Positions 27,728 to 40,402 of a stretch of DNA of 64,000 bases are shown piece by piece (the stretch's first letter is position 1; each line of letters begins with the position of its first letter). The position numbers and the translations under genes are program-made. The notes under the pieces were generated by a model. It saw only the letters and a list, made by a program, of their open reading frames with translations, had not been told where the DNA came from and searched no databases. The stretch comes from Kudoa neothunni (Eukaryota; Animalia; Cnidaria). The stretch lies in the NCBI GenBank assembly GCA_964304625.1, contig OZ199838.1:15899864-15963863 (forward strand), read 5' to 3'.

Positions 27728-29080
27728 TTTAGCCAACTATTACAGTAATGATACATATGAATAGGTTTTTATTTAATTTCAATTATTCCTTGCAATTTAT
27801 CGATAATTACTGAGAGAATTTTATAAATATTTTTACCTTTTGATTCTTTTTAACTAAAATTATTAACCTAATATATTAATTTCGGATTTCAAATACAATA
27901 TTGGAACTATAATAAAGTAAAAACATTGACGTTTCAGCGCGTTGGACTTATTCTCGAAAAGATAAGTAGTCGATGATTCAAATTTTCTTTTTTTTCCTCT
28001 AAATGAATTCGCAAAATTATTTATTGTAATATTTAAAATTATGAAATTCGAAAGTTCATTTTTTACATAAGAATATTTACTTATTTATTCAAGATTATTA
28101 TCAGTATTTACGAACTCTATCGAACATTATACAAACGCAATTAAATGTAGTTTGTGTTCATTCGTTTCATGAATATTAAAAAAAAATAACAATATTCTAT
28201 TTATTGATTATATATATTTAATTTTACATTCTCATCACTGTTCAATGAATTCCTACAAAAATTTTTAAGTTTATATATTTTAATTATTAATAATATTTGC
28301 ATTAATTATATTTGTTTAAATTGTTGCGGCTAATATTCATAAAATTATCAACGAAATAAAACAACTCATTCACTTAGAGTTAACAGTAGTTTATGTATAG
28401 ATGTAATTTATTGTTATCTTGGGGATTCTTAAAAGACAAATTAATGGTCTTTATTACCACTTATTAGAATCCCTCAGGTATTCATTCAATATGCTTAATT
28501 CATTAAATTTATTGCAAAGTAATAATTTTATTTTAACTATATTTACTTGATTTGAAATAATTATTTAAATAATTGTGTATTTTTTCAGATATTAAATAAT
28601 TTAGTCGATGTATGAATATTTTAGGTACATTTAAAGTTTATAATCTATCATATTAATTTTAATTTTTTGTGATGCTATTTATTGAAATCATTAAAGTAAA
28701 TAAATAATCAATTTAGGATTAATATAGTTGTTTTGGGAGCCTAAGTGAAAAATAATATCTATTAATTATATCATTTAAAATTTTTTATTTTTAAACAATA
28801 ACTAATTATTTTTAGCGTGAATATTTGTAAAAATTTCATCTTTGTTAATTTATTGGTATCGAATTAAAATAGTTGTTTTTTTAAACCACGTAAAACTTGA
28901 AAATATTTTTTAAAGCAATATTTTTATATTTCTTATTGAATAGAAACTATTTCACTTAATCTAATAAGTTAATTCAATCTCAGTGTACACACTTTACATT
29001 ATTTTCCAAACGATGTTACTTATCAGTTGGCGAGGGATTTATTTAAACGAAAATTAATTCTTCTTCCACAAGCTATTAAG

Positions 29081-30902
29081 ATGATGATACTTGTGAGGAT
29101 AGTGTTTGTTTATCTGTGTCGAAAAATCGCTTCTATCGATAATCCGGTAAAGAAATGTATTTAAAATATAGCTTGAATTTTTATGTTAGGTGGGAGTAGT
29201 AATTCATAGCGATGGAAACGATTTGATGGCCTACATTTATAAAATTGTTCAATCCGAACCGTCCCCCTCAATAATCGTCGTGTCTCATGATAAATGTCAT
29301 AGCGGTATTAAAATACTCAACTAAAAACCTGTTAACAATTATTATAGAGCGTTACTACATAGTTGATGTAGATGGACCAAATAATATGATCAAAATGCTT
29401 AAAAAATGTATCATTAATGTGAAAAGCGTGTTGAATCAGAATGGGCTCTCAATGGACGGAATCCGCATGGAGTATTACGATCATATATTCAGAGTAGTTT
29501 TGAGGTATTGGAAGTTTTAATTCATTTCTGTAATCTGTGTGTCATTATTCAAAGACACAAAATAAAAGGAGTACCAAATACATGGTCAGACGATATCAAA
29601 GCAATAAATAATGAATTCAAAGAATACACTCCGATCAATGGTGATAATTTTTTCAATTATAATAGTAGCCAATTCGAGGTAGCGTATACGATGCTTGGGC
29701 TAAAAAAACAGCCAGTATTACTTCGTCTTTAAAACTTTGTTATTAATAATCTCAACTATAAGGATCTCATGAAAGATTGTGATGGCTTTTTTTATTTTAA
29801 CGGCTGGGGACTGCTATCTGGATATTTGGTTGATCATACCTATAATTTACCTCCTGCATCACATCTTAATATTATTTCGTGGAATAATGAGAAATTAAAT
29901 TTGGTTGACTGGAGTATGCGTTCATCACTAGCTGATCAATTTGATCGATTGTTGATTTATAATGTTTATTTATTATTAAATTGAATATTATTTAATATTT
30001 CCCATTAACAGATCACCGAAGAGTATGGTCAATTGGAGGTTGACGAACTGAAAAAAGATTATTGTAGCTCTTTATACATTGGCGTAATATTACGTAATTG
30101 GTTTTATTCTGATGGTGAAAGTTGTTCGCTCGAAAAATCAGATCAAATAAAATTATACCCCATTGGGAAGGGCGATAACTTTAATTTTGCTCGCTGTAAA
30201 GAAAAGTTGCTGAAACATTATAACAAAAATCCGGAATTTATCAAAGATGTATGTAAATATCTCGTGGAGGCTAGCATTCGCCCGATATCTGAGAAAAAAC
30301 GTAAATTCGCGGTAAAGATAGGATTACTAATCGTTTAAAACAAAATACTAAAATTAAGATCTTTTTCCCTTTTAAAGTCCCTCTCGGTTCACAGACCGTT
30401 AAATCATTAGACCAACTTCAACGATACTTCGACACATTATGCCAAACTTATGAATCTGCAAATGAGGTTTTTAATAGGTTTCAATTTTATTTTATTTCAA
30501 ATAAAGGATTTATTTGATGAGTGGTTATTCAGATGTGTTCTGCTTCAACTGGGTTTTAGATTTTTGAAAAGTTCCATTGAACAAAATAAACTTGACTATG
30601 TTATTAAGGTATGATTTTAGATATACGTGTAGTATAATATTATTGATTTGTTTGAGTAGAATATAGGATACGAATGGCTGGATGGTTATGCGTTAACCGA
30701 TCCACGTCTTGAAAATGCAGCTAATATTACTGGATTTCTCCCAACACAAAAGCATTTGTTATCAGCCGGTGCTCTGGCAGGAATTGTCGTTTCAATTCTA
30801 CTTATCGGAATCATTGTCTCTGTCATTATTTTGGTGTTTTATAAAAGACGCCAAAGGGATCAATTACCAACTGGCGATGAGCCTCACAGCGATCCCATCT
30901 AA
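29081..30902 (+). CDS. Pseudo-NTPDase family copy E; 9 exons, intact
   Basis: Blocks VGVVIHSDGNDLMAYIYKI, IRMEYYDHIF, YNSSQFEVAY, CDGFFYFNGWGLL, EWLDGYALTDPR; TM GALAGIVVSILLIGIIVSVIILVFY. GT-AG mini-introns at the family positions. Confidence 0.88.
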
Positions 30903-32068
30903 ATTCAGTTCAGTTCACCTTGATTGATTGATCAATTTGATCTAAGAAAATTAATTAATTTCTTCATTTAACATTTATTTGAAATATTATTCTTTTTAAA
31001 AGTACTTTTATATTCTGCATAAATAAATAAGATATCAGTCCTTATTTTCTTTATTTCAACTTTCCAGCTATTCTGTAATAAACAAATATAAATAGTCTAA
31101 TTGTTAGATTTTGGTTGGATTTGAAAATATAAATTTTATTATATGACTGGTAAATGTTTAGCTATTTTCATTTCATATTTCTCCACTTTATTAATTTATT
31201 TGAGAGATACACATAGATAATTTAACAGTGATTAAACTACATTTCTTGATTATTGTTTGTTAATGTATAATACGTCACATAGATAAAAACGCGAATAATC
31301 CAACAACACATCGGTAGACTCCCTTTTCAGCTATAGGATAGATATTAGATACAGTTTTTGTTAACACCGTTAATTATTTTCTTGCTTAATTTTTTTTTCG
31401 CCATTTGGAAATAATGCATTGTGTTAAATTGATTATTTATAATGATTAAAATGTAAAAATGACCACAGAAAATTTTTTTAGTCATTATCATCAGATTAGA
31501 GGAAGAAACTAAATTATATATAAATCCTATTAAAATTTGTCATAATGATGTGAATATTTCACAGTGTGATTAAATACATTTCGGATTCATATTTATCCAT
31601 TTTTTATACATTAATTTAAAATAATTAATATATTTATATTGATGAATTTGGTTTGCGCCTGCGCACATTTATATATGCCGATTGTTCTTTTTCAAACTTA
31701 TTCCACATTTTAAAATATATAGGGCTATAGCTTTTAATTATTTTTACTTAGGAGCGAATTTTAGTATATATATTTTTTTCATACCTTATATGATCAAGGA
31801 ATATTAACAATAATGACTTATTCGACAATTACACTAAAATAATCCCTGAAACCTTCTAAAAATTAATCTTAAAACCTAAAAATTACAAATGAATAATTTT
31901 AAACTATTGTAAATAATATTTAAAACAATATTTAAAGGAATACATTTTTATTATGGATAAAAATAAATATAATTTTAAAATAGTCCTATCTACAAAATTT
32001 TTTAATGCGATTTATATAAGGAAAAATTAATATATTATTTTATAATTATTTTTGGAGAGGAAATTTAA

Positions 32069-32602
32069 CTCTTTAAGGATTTTGCGGTGAAATTCTTCTC
32101 AACAACGTTTAAATCCTACATATATTCTTTCATTCTTTGTAATGTGTATGAAATTATTGTTATAACTATAAATTTATTTGAGTAAAATTTGTAAGTGTTT
32201 GATTTCTAAAAAAATATGTTTTTAGTTATTAAAAACTAAAAAACAGTTTCCAATGATTTTAGGGTGAAATTCACCCCAACATAATTTGTACTTAATTTTT
32301 CATCCAAAAAATGTGTTGATTGTTCAAAATAAATTCTATTCTAGCTTATAATATTAACAAATTAAAATACATCACAGTTACATGTTTTCCTTTTGTGCAT
32401 TGTGCATTGCGCATTACTGAAGAGTAGGTGACTTATGACTTAAGCCTTGAAAAGTTTTTCTCTGAATGTAATGTGTCAAACCACATAATGTTTTAAAAAT
32501 AAATTTTATAACAATTTATTGTTTAAATTTATTCAAAAAACTCTGGGGTGAATTACAACCAAAAACCATTAGAGGCAGTTCGTTGTTTGATACCTTAGAT
32601 GG
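32069..32602. mobile_element. piggyBac-type MITE
   Basis: TTAA flanks, imperfect TIR CTCTTTAAGG/CCTTAGATGG, GGGTGAAATTCACCCC palindromes. Confidence 0.55.
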
Positions 32603-33633
32603 TTAAAATAAAGCGTTATGGAGATGTAATATTTTTCTTTATTAATATAATCTTTAAATGAGCCTAATGCAGGTAAAAGTTAATTTGGCGTCGAATCCTT
32701 ATTTCCCACTACAAAAATCTGTTTCTTAATGAGATTTCCGCATCGTATAAAATGATAAAAAAATAAGAGCTCATTATCAACATTTTCTCACTTTAAACCG
32801 GGATCTATTGGAATAAAGAAACCTCAAGTTTCTTGTCTACTCTAAATTCATCCTGGGATTTTCTCGAATATTATTATATAAAAAAATTAGGTTTTAACAA
32901 ATATTATACAAATCATAAACTCTCATATTTCAATGAGAAGGGAATATTTATTGTCCAATGTGTTAGGTATAATTTTATATTGGAAATATTAAAGTTACTT
33001 AAAAATTTACAAAATAAGATGGTACATTTAAAACTAATATATATTTTGGCACATCCACGACATCTGCGAGTTTTTGGAATAACTCCAATTAGATTATCTG
33101 TAAAAAGGAGATTAAAATTCCTTGTTTGTGTTTTATTGCAGTGATGTCATCTAAGGTAATATCATCAACGCTAAGCGTAGAAAACCGCAATCTTTTTGGT
33201 ATTTTCGAAGATATCCGAATTCAGACGAGTTCTAATCTTTTCTTTAGGTCAACCGACAAACTAATTATAATCGAGAAATGATATGAATATATATTTATTT
33301 ATATTTATACGAAAAGCCTGATAAAATTAACGTTTTCAAAATTTTCCATTGACTTTAGGCATATTACCATGAGTATTGTTATTTGGAGGGTTAATATCCG
33401 CCGAAGATTTACTTAATCTAATCATTTAATATTTTTATTATTTAAAAATGTAATAAATCAATATAAATATACATTATTAATTTTATTATCATTATTATCA
33501 TTATACTGGAAATAAACATTTTTTTGAATATATAACAAATTAAATTACACAATTAATTTTTATTTTATTTTTATTAATAAATAATAAGGATTAATTTCCA
33601 CTAAGACTAAATCCTATTTCACAGAATTAAAAA

Positions 33634-35460
33634 ATGATATTATTGGTTTCAATTTTATTTAGTCGCTTTTTTTATGCCTTATTTTCAGATGATCTAAAAG
33701 TAAGATAATATGTTTTTAAAACCATATTAATTGTTTCGAAAAGTACGGAGTGATAATACATAGCGCAGGGCAATCTTTGATGGCCTACATATACAAGTTT
33801 AATTCATTTGATGAAAATGCTGTTACATCCACATTATCCCATGAAATTTGTCATAGGGGTGCCTCTTATGTGATTATGGAATAAACTAACAATGTATTTA
33901 GAAAGACATTACATATGGCATTTTGATAACCCAGATAATATTATAAAAATTATTAGAAAATGTATTAATACAGTAAAAGAATTATTCACTAAGCAGAGCA
34001 TACCAATGGACAACGTTCACCTGGAATACTATGATCAATGGCATCGCGTGCTTTTAAAGTAATTCAATTAAACTTTCTATTTTATAAATATACATGCTCA
34101 TATATTAAGAGAGAGTTTACAGACAAATTTTGAGCAGTCAATTAATAAAATAAATGAAAACTTCCGTGAATACACTCCAATTCATGGAGATAAATTCATT
34201 AATCTTAAAAATTCAAAGTTTGAGGTTGCATACATAATGCATTATCTTCAAGAATTAGAGCGTGTATTTATTTTTTCTATAAGATATAAATTAGTGAAAT
34301 TCTAAAATTGTAGAATTTCAAGGATGATGCTGATGGATTTTTTTATTTTGATGGATGGGACCTGCTAGCTGGATACTATTTTGACAATATCGATAACAGT
34401 ACACTTCCTCATAGAACACAGCTAAGTAATTTTTCATGGAATGAGGACATAACAAAGTTTGTATCTTGGAGTGTTCGATCATCGTTATTTGATCATAAAG
34501 AAATCTCATATTTACACATTGTAACTTTATATTTATAGATGATTTTAAAAATACATTAATTTATTGAGGTATCTAAAGAAATGGGTACATTAATGGAAGA
34601 TGAATTGAAAACCACCGAGTGTAGAAGTTTATACATTGGAATTATTTTTCAAAATTGGTTTCGCCTGGGCCGAAAAAAATGCTCAGTCGAATCTTCAGAT
34701 CAACTGAAGCTGTATCCCTTTAAAAAGGGAAAAACCTATAATGATACTTTGTGTAAAGATAAGGTTATGGAGTACTACGATAAACATCAAAACTTTTTGA
34801 ACACAATGTGTAATGTTTATTGGGATGCTAAAAACTTTAGGATAATAAACGACAGAAAAAGATTTGTGGTATTTTGATGCAAAAAAAGTCGATTTCGAGC
34901 ATTTATTTAGATTTATTTAACATATAAAATACCTGTCGGATTACATTACCCACCTTCATTAGAAACGTTGGGAAAGGTGTTTGAATCTTTGTGTCGATCG
35001 TATGAAGAAGATACGCTAGTATTATATAACTATATAGATAGAGTCCAATTTTAATTTATTAGGCCTTTCGTGATGAATGGGCTTTTAATTGCGTTCTGTT
35101 CCAGACCTATTTTCGATTTTTAAAAAGTGTTGTTAACCAAAACTATATTTCTTTTTCTATCAAAGTATAATAGTATTAAAAAAATTGTGTAGATATTCCT
35201 TTTTTATTTTCTCATAGAATCTTGGATATGAGTGGATGCACAGTTACTCGCTGACTGACCCTCGTCTTTCAAATAGAATAAAAATATCGGATTCTATTGT
35301 TGGTTCGAATAGTTTCAAATCAAAATCCAAAACTATAATAATAGCTGTTTCAACAATATTAGTTGGTATCGTAGTTTTAGTTTCTCTTCTGGTAATCGTA
35401 TGGAAATATAAGAAAGGTGAAAACTTAATAACGTGTGGTTCTCGGTCTAACCCTCGCTAA
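33634..35460 (+). CDS. Pseudo-NTPDase family copy F; 9 exons, intact
   Basis: Blocks YGVIIHSAGQSLMAYIYKF, VHLEYYDQW, LKNSKFEVAY, ADGFFYFDGWDLL, EWMHSYSLTDPR; TM IIIAVSTILVGIVVLVSLLVIVW. Confidence 0.88.
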
Positions 35461-37815
35461 ATATTGATTCCTCTGATTGTTTACCCAAAAATCGTGATAT
35501 TTTTCATTTGATTTCGCGAATTTTTTTAGATGCCAAATAGTATTTTTTATCGCACAGCTTTCATTATCTGTATGTTTTGAACGATATTAATTTATTTACC
35601 ATAGCTGATAGCAAGCGGTAACACTCAAATTTTTTATTTTGTCTTATATTTGCAACTCTTATTCAATTTTTTAATATTATTTCTTAGAAATTCATTAACT
35701 TTTGTTATTTTAACATTTATCGAATTTCTTGGAACTTACAACTGTCTCTCTGTTTCTTATTTTTTCTATTTAAAGGAAATATTAAATTCTAATGTTCATC
35801 AATGAATCATTTAAAATAGTTTTATTTTATTTTAAAATCTTCTTATTATTATAATAACAATAATAATTAATAAATGATAGTAATATGGTTTAATTATTAT
35901 GGCTAAGGTTTGATCATAAAAAATGTATCAGAAATTTAGGCTTATAGATACTATTTATGTTTTTACAAAAGAAGTTTTAATTCAGCCTTATATATTTCAT
36001 GAGGGTATGTGAAAAGTTTGATTTTCTGATCCATAATTTTTTAGAACATGCGGTGTCCATTGGGAAAAATGAATTCAACATTTTAATATTCTTCAATTTA
36101 CAACAAAGCAAATTTTATTGCGGAACGTAAAGAAACTTAATTTCATACTTCTAATAATAATAATATGCAGAATTTTTTATTTTATCAATGAAAAACGAAC
36201 TATTCATCCAAATCCATCTCTATGATCTGTATGTTAATTCTAATTTATTAATCTACATAGAGCTTTTGTGTTTTTAGAAATGAACAATTACAAATGTTGA
36301 CATTTAAATTTTGTCATACAAACAAAATATAGCATTTCATTGCATTTTGAGAAGAGAAGTATGCCCTCTATATAATAACTTCATTCTAAATAATAATAAT
36401 ATTCCTATTCTAGAAATGAAAAAATATTTTGACAATAGACTCATCAAGTAATCGTTGATAAAAGGAATTGTCCGTTTAATATTTGATAATTCGGCTAAAT
36501 CATCGTTTTAGCAAAGTAATTACAGTTATTGAATTTAATTATTCTTAACAATGTTAGTTTTACCAATGAAATTGACGCGTTTCAAAATGGTAGGTTTTAC
36601 GGGGGCATAAAAACACCCAATGGTTGGGTTGGATTAGTAATTACGTTTTCAAACCTGCAAGCGCAATTACGTACGTTGATCATTCAAAATTATAAAATTT
36701 AAAAAGTTATGTGACGTATAAATTATCCATTTATAAACAATTATATATTTTTGCAATTTACTACATTTGCGCCTATATTTCTTGCTCAAAACTATTCTCA
36801 ATCGTTCCAACTATATTAATACTGTTTCCTTATATACACAAAGTATAGAGAGGTAAAATATTAAATGTTTGATTGTTACTTAATTTCACCGCCAATTATG
36901 TAAATTTAAAACCACTTAATTATTTTGTATTTGTCTACAAAGGATCTGACATTATTTGAGGTTTCTGCTTCATTTATATATGATAATATGTGTAAAGTAA
37001 ATCTAAATTCAACCCAAAGAAACAAACGATACGTTAGCAAACGAAAACTGGAGTAAAACATCTAGAATAATTTTAAATCAACCTAAATTAAAAAAAAGTG
37101 CTTAATAAATGTATTATTTAAGTAATGTGTAGATTTTTCATTTCTTTTATGAATTTTTTTTTTGTGAAAATATAAAGTTACCAACCATGTGTCACTATGT
37201 ACCACATGTCGTCCATGGTAATACCACAATGGGATATGTATGTTTAATCGATAACGAGATTCGATCCAACAGAGTAAGTACCTATATTTGCTTTAACGAA
37301 TAAATTATTGTTTATTTAAGTATCTTGTATTTTAATTAATAAATACACACAATCATTATCACATAATTTGATATATATATTAAGTTATAGGTCTCAGATT
37401 TCATTCCATGATTCGTTATTACGCAAATATTTATAAAAATAATACAACTCCTTATCACAAATAATTTTTTATATTTTTATGTCTCATAAATGAAACAATT
37501 GTATTAGATATCGAAAGTGGTGAAATTAATATATAAATATATATAATTTAAGTTAGTATTGAAATACTTTTCGGCTAATGAATTCAAAAACGTCTAAAAT
37601 GAGATGAAGTTTATATTTGATAGAGAATTTATTATATTTAATTTTCCTCAAATTTAAATATACTTTTAAGAGTTTAATTTTTATATTAATTAAAATTATT
37701 AAAAAGTCCCATGTCGTTTAAATTTTAAAACATGCACAATGATTCTAAACAAAATATAATGGATTAAATTCCATTTTAAATATAATATCATTCAGTAATT
37801 ATACAAATCCTCATA

Positions 37816-38814
37816 CAGTAAGTAACCAATTTCACGCACTTTTTAAAAACCTATTTAATTGGAATATTGATCGGTCACTGTTTACATAATATTTTTCTTA
37901 TAATATTTCAATCAAAATTGTTATTATAATTATTTTAAAAAGTTGTGAAATAATGTAATTAAAAGTCATGTGGTCGGCCGATTTCAAGCACTTTTTTCAG
38001 GTACTTCTTGTTTATTAATGAATTTAGTCAATATTCAATGCCAAAAACTCCTATAACCATACCTATTGCCGAAAAGTACAATATAGCTTATTCTCATGAA
38101 TATCTCCTAGCTAATGACACAAAAACTGCCACTGTATCATATTTTAAAATATCTATTATATTCTAATGGCATCCTAGAGATGAAAAATAAAATAATCAAA
38201 ACCTATACATGTTGTTAGAATCCAAAAATAGAAATTATTAGCATACAGGGCAGTTTAATTCTATTTATGAAGATTTATATGAATGGATTAGGTAGGTGGA
38301 CACGAAGCAGAAAGATTGTAATAAGCGTCGTCACTATAATCATCAAGAGAAACCAATCAGCCAAAGAAAAGGGTTTACCTTCATGTGCAATTCGTGGAGT
38401 GTTTCGTTGTTTTTAAAAAAGTTCCAACATTTAAAAATCAAATTTTATTAGCTAATCTGATGATGCTACCTACTTCATAATAGACCAATCAAATCAGAAC
38501 ACTTTTTAAAAGATATCCTGAAAATTTTATTTACAATGTAGACGAAACTGCCTTATTCTACCGATAACAACAAGAAAAGTATCTTATAGATCGTTGAAAA
38601 ATAATTTTGTTCTGTTAACACGTTTCTCGAGTTTTAGTTATCGTTTAAAAATTAATATATAGTTAATTAACCTTTTTAAACGCGACTTAATTATTATTAA
38701 ATGTTAATTTTTTCTCAAATAATTTCGCGCGCAAATGCGTGAAATTATACGTGACCGAGTTGAGGCATTTTTTTCTTGGTTCCGAGGGGATTACGTGAAA
38801 TTGGTTTCTTACTG
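37816..38814 (+). mobile_element. Internally deleted pogo/Tigger-type transposon
   Basis: TA flanks; TIR CAGTAAGTAACCAATTTCACG / CGTGAAATTGGTTTCTTACTG. Remnant IYNVDETALFYR (first Asp of DDE_1) at ~38529-38565. Confidence 0.85.
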
Positions 38815-39064
38815 TATAAAGTAAATAATACCTTTATTCTCGACAACATTTATTGGATTAATCATGTAAAAAAAATAAAATAAAAATATGGCATTTCTAA
38901 ACATAATTTTTTAAGATAGAAATAAATTTTGAACGAAATGTTAGCAAAAGATTAATTTAATAAGGATTATATTATGTTTTAATTAAAATTTGTTAGATTT
39001 ATTGAAATATACATTTTGTAAAGAAATTAATTTATCGTAATATTTACGAAATTAGTACTTTACG

Positions 39065-39095
<31 letters not shown>

Positions 39096-39099
<4 letters not shown>

Positions 39100-40008
39100 C
39101 GCAGGGTTATTGCACACTTAGAAATATTGTCGAAACTTCAAAATATGCAAATTAATTATAGATATAAATCGTGAGATAAGAGTAAAATATATCGATAAAT
39201 ATAATTATAAAGTTAAGAAATAATTTTTTTGCTGCGGAAATAGGAGTACATGCTTATTTCGCACCTGAAATATGTTGTTTGGCTACATTGGCATGGTTAG
39301 TACGCAGTAGGAAAATAGGAAAAATTATCGCTTACTAGAAGAAAACGTATAGATTATTAAATAATTGGAAAAATTAGGAATTAAGAGTGGCTCTAGAGCG
39401 AACATCGTTAGGCGCTCTAGCCTTAAAACAGTCATCAAATTTAATACAATTGTATCAATAAAATCATAAATATTTGCAGACTTTATTTCAAGTGATTTAA
39501 GATTTTATCGCAAAACTCTTATAAACAAAATTTGAACTACTCGATATGAGATATGAGAATGAATGGATCAAACTTTCGATAACGAAATGTATAAAGTTGT
39601 GCAGAGAGTATAATATAATAGGAAAATAAATTGGCCAATGGCATAAAGGACGACAATCCTATAACTGTCGGTCGAGGATAGTTCCATGGGTTTGCTTCGA
39701 GAGTTATTCTAAAAATGAACAATTTAAATAGAAAATCTAAAAGAAATATAGAAATGAAGAAATTATTCAAAGTCTACGGCATCGAAATGCTGAATCACAT
39801 TACAAAGTTAAATTTTTCACATCTCTCTATTAAAGTTATTATTAGTGCAACGAGAGAATAAATAAAAAAGCAGAAAAGTGGTCGCGCACCCACAAAAATT
39901 TCCCATATATGTGCATATGTGCGGACGCTAAAGCGTGGATATTAAATAGTGCAGGGTTATTATACACTTGAGTCCTTGTTTCAAAAATGTTCATAGAATC
40001 CCTGCACA
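39096..40008. repeat. Unclassified element embedded in a (TA)n microsatellite
   Basis: (TA)n on both sides; about 50-bp direct repeats GCAGGGTTATT..ACACTT..TTCAAAA at ~39100 and ~39950; inverted CCCTGCAC at ~40000. Confidence 0.5.
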
Positions 40009-40402
40009 ATTGTACATATATATATATATATATATATTATAATAAAATTCATTTATTTATTCAAAATGTATCGTTTAACTATAATGAAGTTCAAAATATA
40101 TTCCAAAAAAATAGTAAATATTGCTTTGTATTAATATAATAAGATTAAAACACTTATTAATGAAGAGCGGATAATCATTATGAATATATATATATATATA
40201 AAATTTAAACAAATGAATTGATGAAGTTTACTTTTGCTCTGATTAAATTAAGATATTTCATGATTTATTAATTATTGTTATTTTATTAACTATCTCAAAG
40301 TTTACTTTATAGTTATCACTTTTATTAACAAACAAAGATATTTTTTCGGCTAATCAAGTTTTAACGTGGTCAATCTAGTAAATACCCTGTTAAAAGCTTG
40401 TA

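Noticed and set aside
30709-30927. 72-aa ORF
   Set aside because: Off-frame overlap of copy E's last exon.
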